From positions 87,905-151,904 of the forward strand of contig JBFMEZ010000025.1 in the NCBI GenBank assembly GCA_040753215.1: a DNA stretch of 64,000 nucleotides. The letters run 5' to 3'. This stretch comes from Candidatus Micrarchaeota archaeon. Lineage in GTDB: Archaea; Micrarchaeota; Micrarchaeia; Anstonellales; Bilamarchaeaceae. Shown piece by piece: positions 45,973-54,913 of the stretch (its first letter is position 1; each line of letters begins with the position of its first letter). The position numbers were made by a program, and so were the translations under genes. The notes under the pieces are model-generated. The model worked only from the letters and a program-made list of their open reading frames with translations. It was not told the DNA's origin and did not search any database.

Positions 45973-46100
45973 GTCCCCAGTTTCTATATCGCTTCGCGAT
46001 AACTCCATGTTGCCTCGGCAACAACTGGCGAAGTTCTGCGGAACTTCACCATGGCAGAAACCCCCCGGGTTTCCGCCATCCGGTTCCCAGTCCCCGGTTC
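45973..46100. repeat. Four-hairpin module flanked by heptamers (type D)
   Basis: atcgcttcgcgat, tgttgcctcggcaaca, tggcgaagttctgcggaacttcacca, tggcagaaacc...ggtttccgcca. Confidence 0.85.
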
Positions 46101-46105
46101 CGCGC

Positions 46106-46519
46106 TCAGCCGCCCTTTATCGCGGTTGCTGCTTTGTCAAGCAGCGCCCTCCCTTTCGGGGTCAGTTCCCTCCCTTTCCTGGCCTTCCTCATGAGCCCGG
46201 CCTTCTCAAGCGCCTGCATGGCCTTCCTTATCGTTGAGCCCCCGGCGGGCCTGTGCTTCTGCGGCTTCACGCCCCTTCCCTTCCTTCCGCCGTAGTGCCT
46301 CCTCAGCCTCTGCACCCCGGTCCCCGGGTTCACGTATGCCTGCCTCATGACCGAGGCGCACCTCACAAACCAGAAGTCAGGGTCCTCGGGGGGCCTCTCG
46401 GCGTGGGCGCCGCTCTTCACTATTCCCACGAACGCGGGCCTCTCTATCCCCATCTCCCTGAGCCTTCCGGCCACTTCCTTCACGAGCCTGTTCGGCTCCA
46501 CGTCATAAGCTCTGACCAT
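46106..46519 (-). CDS. rps19e: 30S ribosomal protein S19e
   Basis: VKSG.H.ERPP, W.VRCAS, YGGRK.RG..P, IRK.MQ.LE. Confidence 0.95.
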   Translation of the reverse strand: MVRAYDVEPNRLVKEVAGRLREMGIERPAFVGIVKSGAHAERPPEDPDFWFVRCASVMRQAYVNPGTGVQRLRRHYGGRKGRGVKPQKHRPAGGSTIRKAMQALEKAGLMRKARKGRELTPKGRALLDKAATAIKGG

Positions 46520-46612
46520 ATATCCACCTTATCCTGTATCGCAACTCTCTAATAAGCTGGAATTGTAAGTCAATATATTCTGTCGTTTCCTATTTAAACC
46601 TTACAGATTCGC

Positions 46613-48529
46613 TCAGATGAATTCCGAGAGCCCGTCCACCGTGGTAATGGTGACCTTCCCGTTCTCCAGCTTCAGGTCCATCTCCGCCCTCGAGAGCGGC
46701 TCCATGGAATCCAGGAACCTCCTCTTCTCCTCCTCGTCCTCAAAAACGAGTATGAGGTGCTTGTCCGTGTTGAAATATTCGGTGCTCACCACGAACCTGT
46801 CAAGCTCGAACCCTCCCCACGCGTCCCTGAACTTCTCGCCCGAGAGGACCAGCGCATCCCTCGCCTTCCTCTTCATTACGTTCTTCCTCACGTCCCCCCA
46901 TCCGCGCAGCTGGTAGTAGTCCCCGTACCTCTCCACGAGCCCCCGCTCCTCCATCTTCTTCATCAGGCTCTCCACGTCCCCGTCATACATGTCCGCACCG
47001 TCGGTCATGTTCTTCTTGAAGCTCTGCATCAGCTCCTTCAGCGAAACGGGCACGTCCTTCCACCCGCAGCTCTTCTCCACGTCCCGTATCGCATCCACCA
47101 CCTGCCCGGGCGCAACCCACACCGTGTTGGCCTTCTTCTTCCCCATCTTCTCTATCCTCAGCGTATAAACCGGCCTCCTCCTGATGCTCGCATAAACGTA
47201 AACCCCCGCGATTACCGCGAGCCCTGGCACCAGCCATTTGAGGTAAACGTCGAACAGCCCCTCCTCCTTCTGGCTGTACGGTATGGTCTCCACATACTCG
47301 AGGTACCTTACCCTGAAGTTGTTCTCCCCCGCCCTGAGCCTCGCGGGGACCGCCATCTGCCCGTCGGCTATTGAGAATTCCCTCTCCTCGTCCCCGTCCA
47401 TCGAGACGGCCGCCCTGCCGCTCTTGACCGGTACGCCGTCCACAGTCACGTTGAATATCACCCGCACGTCCCTCACGTCGACTATGCTTACGTCTATCCT
47501 CTTCACGTGCATGTGCGCGGAGCCCAGCATCCCGGAGCTATCGTAAACCCAGAATATGTAGTCCCCCGGCTCCTCAAACTCGAACGTATAGTAGAACACC
47601 TTCTCGCTCCCCACGTACCCAAGCTCCTCCGCGGCTATCTGGTCGCCTTCCCTCTCCAGGGTGTAGAGCACCTTCCCCGCGCTCTGGTTGACCGTGAAGA
47701 AAAGCTCCGCCTTCTCCCAGGGGTATATGCTCGGCGTTACGGTCACCTCTATCGGCTCCATCGGCATCCTCTGGGAGTCGATTATGCCCTTCTGCCCGCC
47801 CGCCTCGTAGATGAACCTGTAGTATCCCCCGTGCCCGAGCGGGACGAACAACGTTTTCCTGCCGGAGAACGAGGAGAATGCGAAATCCGACTCCGCGCTC
47901 TCAGCCCACTCGTTCTTCAGGATCTCCTCCGCCAGCTCCTCCGGCTCCCCGCGCGCGTCCAGGAAGTCGCCCAGCTTCATCTCCCTAACCACGAGCTTCT
48001 CCCTGCTCTCGTTGTCCAGCTGCGCGAGCCAGTAGTCCTGCCTTAGTTCCCTCGACAGGACGAAATCCGTCTTCCCTATGTACACTATCCTGTTGTCGCG
48101 CGAATGCAGCGCGCCCAGGTCGTCCAGCACATACCTGGGCATCGCCCCGCTGGGTATGATTATGACGCTCTCCCTGATGGCCCTCAGGTCCGCGGCGCTC
48201 ACCACCTGCACGCTCATCCCGTACTGCTCAAGCCCGCTCATCCTCTCAACGAATTCCCCGAACCTGTTCGTCGTCTCATCGTCTATCCCTTCCTCGCTTA
48301 ATACCGCAACAGAGGTTTTCGGCTTCTCTCCCAGCGCGACGAGCCTCGCGCTCCCGCTCCCGTTGGCCAGGAAAAGGTAGTATGCGTCCACTCCCGCCCT
48401 GCCCCCCTTTATGGGCTGCACGAACCCGGTGGGCGCCTGCTCCTCCTTCGTGCCGAGCAGCGTCATCGCTATTGTAGCCGCAAGGAAAAGCGCAACTATC
48501 CCCAGCATTATCAGCTTCCTGCCGGCCAT
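46613..48529 (-). CDS. Hypothetical membrane-anchored protein
   Basis: Signal/TM segment at the N-terminus, second TM segment about two-thirds along. Confidence 0.7.
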   Translation of the reverse strand: MAGRKLIMLGIVALFLAATIAMTLLGTKEEQAPTGFVQPIKGGRAGVDAYYLFLANGSGSARLVALGEKPKTSVAVLSEEGIDDETTNRFGEFVERMSGLEQYGMSVQVVSAADLRAIRESVIIIPSGAMPRYVLDDLGALHSRDNRIVYIGKTDFVLSRELRQDYWLAQLDNESREKLVVREMKLGDFLDARGEPEELAEEILKNEWAESAESDFAFSSFSGRKTLFVPLGHGGYYRFIYEAGGQKGIIDSQRMPMEPIEVTVTPSIYPWEKAELFFTVNQSAGKVLYTLEREGDQIAAEELGYVGSEKVFYYTFEFEEPGDYIFWVYDSSGMLGSAHMHVKRIDVSIVDVRDVRVIFNVTVDGVPVKSGRAAVSMDGDEEREFSIADGQMAVPARLRAGENNFRVRYLEYVETIPYSQKEEGLFDVYLKWLVPGLAVIAGVYVYASIRRRPVYTLRIEKMGKKKANTVWVAPGQVVDAIRDVEKSCGWKDVPVSLKELMQSFKKNMTDGADMYDGDVESLMKKMEERGLVERYGDYYQLRGWGDVRKNVMKRKARDALVLSGEKFRDAWGGFELDRFVVSTEYFNTDKHLILVFEDEEEKRRFLDSMEPLSRAEMDLKLENGKVTITTVDGLSEFI

Positions 48530-48531
48530 CT

Positions 48532-50046
48532 TTACCCCTTCCCTATTCGGCTACCCCTCAGCCAGTCCAGATCATTCTTATAGAACGTCCTTATATCCGC
48601 AAGCCCTTCCATGAGCATCATCGGCCTTTCCAGGCTCAGCCCCCACGCAAGCACCGGATAAACGCCGCAGAGCGGCTTCGTCATCTCGGGCCTGAATATC
48701 CCGGCCCCGCCAAGCTCCATCCAGCCCCCGGTTCCCGGCGAACCAAACCTCCGCTCCTCCTTCCCTTCAGTTGCTCTGGAGGTTTGGTTCGGTTCCCCGT
48801 TTCCGGCTTTCCGCTCAAAAAATACCTCTATCTCCAGGCTCGGCTCCGTGTACGGGAAATAGCTCGGCCTGAACCTTATCTTCTCAAACCCCAGCCTGCT
48901 GTAGAACTCCTTCAGCAATCCGAGAAGGTGCCTGAAGTTCGCCCCGTCCCACGCCACTATGCCCTCCACCTGGTGGAATTCCGCAAGGTGCTTGAAGTCC
49001 GTCGCCTCGTTCCTGAACACCCTTCCCACGCAGAAGTATTTTTTCCCCTTCCCCCCGCTTTTCCTGAGCGTCTCATCCAGCTTCGCGAGGTACCTCGCGC
49101 TCACCGCGGTCGTGTGTGTGCGCAGAACCATCTTCCGTGCCTCTTCCGCGCTCCATGGGCATTTCCATCCTTCCTCATGGCTCTTCTTCACCTTCTCTAC
49201 TATTTTCCTGTCCGGCAGCTCCCCGTCCATTTCCAGATAGAAAGTGTCCGCCAAATCACGGGCAGGGTGGTCCTGCGGCTGGAACAGGGCATCGAAGTTC
49301 CAGAACGCGCTCTCGACCATGGGCCCCTCCATCTCCTCGAATCCCATCTCTATGAAAATCCTCCTTATCCTTTCCGTCATCCGCGTCAGCGGGTGCATCT
49401 TGCCCACCGGCTCATCAGCCGCCGGCGCGACCGCATATGGGCTGAACTCCGCGCCCTTCCACTTCCCGCTCACGATAATCCCATGCGTCAGCTCGCCGAT
49501 CTCCTCCCCCATCCCGCCGATTCCCTTCGCCTCCCCCTCGCCCTTTTTTGTGAGCGCCACGAGCATCTTCCTGTGTTCGCTCTCCAGGAGCAGCCCCCTC
49601 CCCACGAGGGTTTCCAGTTCCCGGTTTCCCGTTTCCAGCTTCTCCGGCTCCCTCGCCGCCTTCTCAAGCGCATACTCCCCCGGCTTCCTGACCGCCTTTA
49701 CCCTCCCGTTCTCAATCGCAATCCAGCCGTTCTTCTTCGCCCACATCACCCCTATTCTTTTTTCTTCTTCACTCAGTTCCCCCACCGCCTTCCCGCCCTT
49801 CGCCGCAACCCTCACTTCCGGGAACCCTTCCCTCAAAAACCGTTCGCACTCCGCGCTCCTCGCATATTCTTTCGCGGCCCTCTCCTCCACTTCCACAAGC
49901 CCCTTCTCCTGCAGCCAGAGCGCCGCCCTCCTGAACGCGTCCAGCTCTCCGGGCCCCTTCGCAAGGGCTTCCAGGCCGTGGCTGCCGGCTCCGGCATCCA
50001 GAAGCCTCTTCAGCAGAATCTTTTCCGTCCTGTGGAGTATCATCAC
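48532..50046 (-). CDS. pheS: Phenylalanyl-tRNA synthetase alpha subunit
   Basis: FWNFDALFQPQDHPARD, LRTHTT, FRNE..D..HLAEFHQ, YFPYTEPS. Confidence 0.97.
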   Translation of the reverse strand: MMILHRTEKILLKRLLDAGAGSHGLEALAKGPGELDAFRRAALWLQEKGLVEVEERAAKEYARSAECERFLREGFPEVRVAAKGGKAVGELSEEEKRIGVMWAKKNGWIAIENGRVKAVRKPGEYALEKAAREPEKLETGNRELETLVGRGLLLESEHRKMLVALTKKGEGEAKGIGGMGEEIGELTHGIIVSGKWKGAEFSPYAVAPAADEPVGKMHPLTRMTERIRRIFIEMGFEEMEGPMVESAFWNFDALFQPQDHPARDLADTFYLEMDGELPDRKIVEKVKKSHEEGWKCPWSAEEARKMVLRTHTTAVSARYLAKLDETLRKSGGKGKKYFCVGRVFRNEATDFKHLAEFHQVEGIVAWDGANFRHLLGLLKEFYSRLGFEKIRFRPSYFPYTEPSLEIEVFFERKAGNGEPNQTSRATEGKEERRFGSPGTGGWMELGGAGIFRPEMTKPLCGVYPVLAWGLSLERPMMLMEGLADIRTFYKNDLDWLRGSRIGKG

Positions 50047-50066
50047 TGCTCCCTCTTTTTCCTCGC

Positions 50067-50185
50067 CAAGACAAAACGCGGAGGGGGGCGCCCCTCCTCA
50101 TTTTTTCCTGGATGGTGAAATTCCGCAGAATTTCGCCAGACATCGCCGCAGCGATGCAGATTTTCTGATCCTCCCCCCACTTCAC
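50067..50185 (-). mobile_element. Type A element carrying an inverted part of the hairpin module
   Basis: aaaacgcggaggggggcgcccctcc hairpin, ccacttcac; tggtgaaattccgcagaatttcgcca. Confidence 0.72.
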
Positions 50186-50992
50186 TCATCCTCCGCTTTT
50201 CCTCTTCCTCGCTTGTAGATAGAAATACGAGCCCGCCACTATCAGCACGAGCAGCAGCGCGGGTACCCCCTGCGGGCCGCGCAGGAAACCGTAAAGTTCC
50301 GTCCTCGCGCCTATGAAGAAGCCGACCACCTCCTGGTCCAGGCTCTCCTCCTTCTCGAATATGAGCGAGAAGTGCGCGAGCACCTCGTTCTGCCAGCTCA
50401 TCTGCACCCTCCCGCCACTCTCGGCGCTCTCCTCCGGCAGCGGGCTCACGTAGAGCACCTTCGCCCCCTGCGGCAGCTCGAAGGTGATCCTCTGGTTCTC
50501 CCCCAGTATGACATCCCCGAGCTCGCTCGTCTCGAACGAGAGGGCGCCTGCGTTCAGGGTGTATTTCGTCGTCCTCGGCTTGTACCCGTCAACCGCAAAC
50601 ACCCCGGTCCCGGGCACAAGCGTACCGTCCTGCCTGTAATAGGGCTTCGCATCGTAGGTTATCGTGAGCTCGCCGTGGCACAGCTCCGCAAGGGGATTGC
50701 ACCTCGAGGTCGGCGCGGGCCTCACAACCACGTTCTCTATGCTCACCACCCTGTTGTCAAGGTGGTAGCGCACCTCCCCGCCCACAATCTCGCTCCATGA
50801 CGCGAGGTCCGTCTTCGACAGGCTGGACTCATAGAGCGATATATGGTAAGAGGTGGTTATTATGTAGCTCAGCCTCTCCGTTACCTTCGCATTCCCGTTC
50901 CCGTCCACGTCCAGCACCACGTCCATGGCCGTAAGCGTGAACTCCGCGGACGAGAGGGACAGCAGGAGCAAAAGGAAAACCGCCTTCTTCAT
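50186..50992 (-). CDS. Hypothetical secreted/membrane protein
   Basis: Signal peptide MKKAVFLLLLL, C-terminal TM segment with basic tail. Confidence 0.72.
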   Translation of the reverse strand: MKKAVFLLLLLSLSSAEFTLTAMDVVLDVDGNGNAKVTERLSYIITTSYHISLYESSLSKTDLASWSEIVGGEVRYHLDNRVVSIENVVVRPAPTSRCNPLAELCHGELTITYDAKPYYRQDGTLVPGTGVFAVDGYKPRTTKYTLNAGALSFETSELGDVILGENQRITFELPQGAKVLYVSPLPEESAESGGRVQMSWQNEVLAHFSLIFEKEESLDQEVVGFFIGARTELYGFLRGPQGVPALLLVLIVAGSYFYLQARKRKSGG

Positions 50993-51045
50993 GGCTTCAC
51001 TTTTCTCCCCCAACCTTTATTACCTTTATCTTGCTTATCCCAGCG

Positions 51046-51756
51046 ATGATCCTCTACGAAAGGCCGTTCAAACTGGAACTTCTCGGCCGCACCCTCATGA
51101 AGGGCGGCGAGGAGTGGCCCGCCCTCATCCGCAAGGTTTCCGAACTAAAAGAGGTCCTCATGGAGCCCCAGCACATGGGCCCCGACGGCACCGCGTACTA
51201 CATGTTCCGCGGCATCCACCAGCACGAAAACCTCCGCTACGACGTCACCCTCATAGAGCCGCGCCTGTACGGGGACGAGTATTCTAAAACCCTTGGCCAT
51301 TACCACCCCAAATCAGTTTCCGGTCTCCAGTTTCCGGAAGTCTACCAGGTCCTGAGGGGGAAGGCGTCCTTCGTCCTCCAGCGGAAGCACAAGGACGAGA
51401 GCGTTGATTGCATATTCGTGGAGGCGCAGGAAAAAGACGCTTTCCTTGTTCCCCCTGGCTACGGCCACGTTTCCTGCAACACCGGCGATTCCCTCCTCGT
51501 CGTCGCCAACATAGTCTCGAATTTCGACTCCCTTTATGAAGAATACCTTGCGAACCACGGCCCGGCCTTCTTCTGCACCCGCTTCGGCTACAAGCAGAAC
51601 GTGAATTACATAATCCAGAAATACGAGAAGCTCGCCCCCCGCCAGGTAAACAAGCGCTACAACCTTATCCTTGGAGATTTGCTGGAGATGTTCTTCAATA
51701 AGCCCGAGAAATTCGATTTCCTTGAGCACCCGGAGAAGCTCCCGAAGATCTTATAA
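51046..51756 (+). CDS. Cupin-type glucose-6-phosphate isomerase
   Basis: LRYDVT, KTLGHYH, PEVYQV..G, VPPGYGH...N. Confidence 0.85.
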   Translation: MILYERPFKLELLGRTLMKGGEEWPALIRKVSELKEVLMEPQHMGPDGTAYYMFRGIHQHENLRYDVTLIEPRLYGDEYSKTLGHYHPKSVSGLQFPEVYQVLRGKASFVLQRKHKDESVDCIFVEAQEKDAFLVPPGYGHVSCNTGDSLLVVANIVSNFDSLYEEYLANHGPAFFCTRFGYKQNVNYIIQKYEKLAPRQVNKRYNLILGDLLEMFFNKPEKFDFLEHPEKLPKIL

Positions 51757-51795
51757 CCATTTGCAGGATGTATAAAGCATTCCGGAGGTTTGTAA

Positions 51796-52089
51796 ATGGG
51801 CGATGTTGAGCAGGATATGGAAGCCATGAAGAGGATTCATGCAAGCGGCAGCGCCAAGCTGCGCGCAGCATCGAGCCTCAACGAGTTCATGGTCAAGGTT
51901 TTCAAGGAGCGAATACGCCGCAGGCATCCGCACGCGGATGCGGGACGGGTCCTAAAAATCCTCCGCGAGGAGCTTTCTTATGGCAGAAGAGTAACATTTG
52001 AGGGGTTTGTCCGGAAACTGCTCACCTTATCACCGCAAGGCAAACCAAACGTCCTCTCTTTCTGCCCCTTGTTTGTTCTTGAATCGTAA
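51796..52089 (+). CDS. Small hypothetical protein
   Basis: ORF with an upstream GGAGG; the C-terminus may be a read-through remnant. Confidence 0.45.
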   Translation: MGDVEQDMEAMKRIHASGSAKLRAASSLNEFMVKVFKERIRRRHPHADAGRVLKILREELSYGRRVTFEGFVRKLLTLSPQGKPNVLSFCPLFVLES

Positions 52090-52253
52090 ATCCCATCGGA
52101 TTTCCGATAGCGGACGAAGTTTGCGCCCTCAAATCTTGTGGTCACCCATTTCTGCTCACTTTGCGCACGGGCCACAAGAAAGAGACAGAAATAACCAGAA
52201 AAGGGGCAAGCAAATCAAGAAGACGCAAATGGCGTGCTGTCAATATCTAGTGC

Positions 52254-54911
52254 CTAAACTTTACCTGAAACAATCCTCTCGTTCCCGCCTCCCTTCGCAC
52301 CCCTCTTCTTCAATTCCTCAAACAGCTGCAGCGCATTCTTCTTCGCCTTCTTCCCCGCCGCGCACACAAAATTCCCCTGCGAATTCCTGAGGATGGCCAT
52401 CGCCCCCTCGCTCTCCGAAACAATCCCACCGATCTTCATAAGGGTTTTCGCATCCTCCTCAATCTTCTCCTCCACAACCCCCTCCTTCCCGCTCCTCTCA
52501 ACAATCTCCTCCGCCCGCGCCTCCACAAACTCCTCCTTCAGCTTCTCAATCTCCTTCCTCTGCGCCTTCCATCCCTCAAAGAACCTCTCCACCGCCTGCG
52601 GCAATTGATGCTCCGATACACTAACCACTCCCGCCGCCTTCCTCAGAATCCCCTCCCTCCCCTGCGCATACCTCACCGCCGCCTCCCCAACCTTATAATA
52701 AATCCTCTCCACCCCATCCTGCACGCTTTCCCTTTTCACAATCCTGAAGTATCCCAATTCCCCAGTAGAAGTGTTCATCTGGTGCGTTCCTCCGCAGGCT
52801 TCTGCGTCGACCAGTTTCCCGTTCCCAGTTTCCAGTTCCCCGCCACCTATCTTCACAACCCTCAATTCCTTCCCCGGAACCGCCCCTCCCTGGTAAAGGG
52901 AAAACCCATACTTCTGCTCCGCCGCATTCCTGGGCAGCACCTCAACCTCTATTTTCAAATCCCGCATTATGTACTCATTCACCTTTCTCTCAATCGCATC
53001 CAGCTCCTCTTCCGTAATCCTCTTATAGTGCGTTACATCCAGGTGCGCCTCCTCTTCTTTCTTGCCGCTTCCCGCCTGCCATATATGCTTCCCAAGGATT
53101 TCCCTGCACGCCGCATTCAATAGATGCGCAGCCGTATGATGCTTCGAAATCCTCTTCCTCCTATCCAAATCCACCTTTCCCTCCACTTCCATTCCTGCCT
53201 TAAATTTCCCCGCATCCTCCACCAGATGAAGCACAACTCCCGCCTGCTTGCCCATATAAAGTACCTTTACCCCGCCCAGTTTGCCCGTATCCCCGGCCTG
53301 CCCTCCCCCTTCCGGATAGAATGCGCTCCTGTCCAGCACCACATACTTTCCGATAACTTTCAGCACCTTCGCCTTGAACTTCCCCTGCGTTGAATACCAC
53401 AGCCCCTCCGTTTTCGGAATCCCTCCCACATCCATTTTCTTCTCTTCCGCCTCCTTCCCCACATCCTCCTCCTTTCCCCTCACCTTCTCATAGAAATTCA
53501 TCGGAACCTTCACTTCCGCGCCCTTCCCCTTCGCAATCTCCGAAACCATTTCCGGAGGAATCCCATGACTCTCATAAAGCATTACAAGCTCCCGCTCCCC
53601 AATCCCCTTCCCAAGCATATTCGTTACCTTTCCTTTCGCCCCTTCCTTAGTAGCAATATATTTCCTCTTCTCTTCCGCAATCACATCAGAAGTACTCTCC
53701 ACCCCATCCTCCAATTCCGGGAAAATCCCCTTCAATTCCTTCGCATGGCCCTCCAGTATTTCCGCATAGTCCATCCCCCACCCGCATTCCTCATCCATTC
53801 CGAAAACCCTCCTCAAAACCATCCTCAGATTATACCCACCTCCCGCATTTGAAGGAAGCATCCCGTCCTTCACCGTAAACAGCAAAGTAAGCAGATGGTC
53901 CAGCGATGCATACAATCCCTGCAGAGGCGCAAGGCTCTTCTCAAATCCCGGATGCCCAATCTCCTCCTCTATTCTCCTCACTTCCGCCTCCGGGTCCTTC
54001 GCCTCTTCCACATCCAGCCCGCCAACTCTTTTCGCAAATTCCAGGTAGAGCTTGTCATCAACCTTAATCCCAAACTTCTTCCTGTATTTGGGAACCATCT
54101 TCCCAAAAACAACTGAATAAGAATCCGGCGTCCCATGCGTAATCCAGCACAATCTGCTCAATCCCGCGCCCATATCTATAGTTTTTGTAGTTAATTCCCT
54201 GCTACCCCCACCCGGAAGAATCTCATACTGCATAAATACGCAGTTCCCCAGCTCCAATCCCCCTGCAAAGTATTCCATGCACGGGCCGTAGTTTCCCCCG
54301 CCCATCCACACATCCTCCTGGAATACCAAATCCTCAGGCAGCACCCCCAGCCTTTTCAGATACTCAATATCATGCCTCAGCGCCTCATCCTTCCAATAGA
54401 AAAGCCCCGTCTTCTTCGTATTGAATGCATGCTGCCCCACCATCACAAAATTTGAATAGTGCCTTCCCGTAACCCCCACATTGTCAATATCCGAAAACCT
54501 TATGCAGACCTGCGGGATTATGAGCGGATTGTCCTGCGCCTCCAGCTCTCCGCTCACCACATATGGCTGGAATCCGCTAATGGATGCAATCGTAAAATAC
54601 AAATCATCCCTCCACCTCGCAACCGATGGATAGGATTTCACGCTCCCGTGCCCGTGCTCCACAAAATACTTCTCTATCTCTTTCCATGTATCCACATACG
54701 AGAGCTTATGGTCACTGGGCGCATTCCCTATAAAAGTATACCCTGTACATGAAGCATCCCCACACAGCTCCCTCTCCTCCACGCTCCAGAAATTCCTCCC
54801 GCACTTTGCGCACTTCCCCCTCCCGAATCCCCTCTCCTCCAGCGCCTTGGTCTTGTAGTGCTTCTCCCACTCTTTTGCGAACTGTGAGCGCAACGAATCT
54901 TTGGTAAGCAT
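52254..54911 (-). CDS. alaS: Alanyl-tRNA synthetase
   Basis: ARWRDDLYFTIASI, DNVGVTGRH, FYPEGGGQ.GD, HHTAAH, ACGGTH. Confidence 0.97.
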   Translation of the reverse strand: MLTKDSLRSQFAKEWEKHYKTKALEERGFGRGKCAKCGRNFWSVEERELCGDASCTGYTFIGNAPSDHKLSYVDTWKEIEKYFVEHGHGSVKSYPSVARWRDDLYFTIASISGFQPYVVSGELEAQDNPLIIPQVCIRFSDIDNVGVTGRHYSNFVMVGQHAFNTKKTGLFYWKDEALRHDIEYLKRLGVLPEDLVFQEDVWMGGGNYGPCMEYFAGGLELGNCVFMQYEILPGGGSRELTTKTIDMGAGLSRLCWITHGTPDSYSVVFGKMVPKYRKKFGIKVDDKLYLEFAKRVGGLDVEEAKDPEAEVRRIEEEIGHPGFEKSLAPLQGLYASLDHLLTLLFTVKDGMLPSNAGGGYNLRMVLRRVFGMDEECGWGMDYAEILEGHAKELKGIFPELEDGVESTSDVIAEEKRKYIATKEGAKGKVTNMLGKGIGERELVMLYESHGIPPEMVSEIAKGKGAEVKVPMNFYEKVRGKEEDVGKEAEEKKMDVGGIPKTEGLWYSTQGKFKAKVLKVIGKYVVLDRSAFYPEGGGQAGDTGKLGGVKVLYMGKQAGVVLHLVEDAGKFKAGMEVEGKVDLDRRKRISKHHTAAHLLNAACREILGKHIWQAGSGKKEEEAHLDVTHYKRITEEELDAIERKVNEYIMRDLKIEVEVLPRNAAEQKYGFSLYQGGAVPGKELRVVKIGGGELETGNGKLVDAEACGGTHQMNTSTGELGYFRIVKRESVQDGVERIYYKVGEAAVRYAQGREGILRKAAGVVSVSEHQLPQAVERFFEGWKAQRKEIEKLKEEFVEARAEEIVERSGKEGVVEEKIEEDAKTLMKIGGIVSESEGAMAILRNSQGNFVCAAGKKAKKNALQLFEELKKRGAKGGGNERIVSGKV

Positions 54912-54913
54912 AT

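Noticed and set aside
8984..46237. Short ORFs over repeats and tRNAs (8984..9166, 9732..9953, 19936..20136, 22348..22617, 25089..25307, 46007..46237)
   Set aside because: They coincide with structured non-coding elements or tRNAs and are shadow ORFs.
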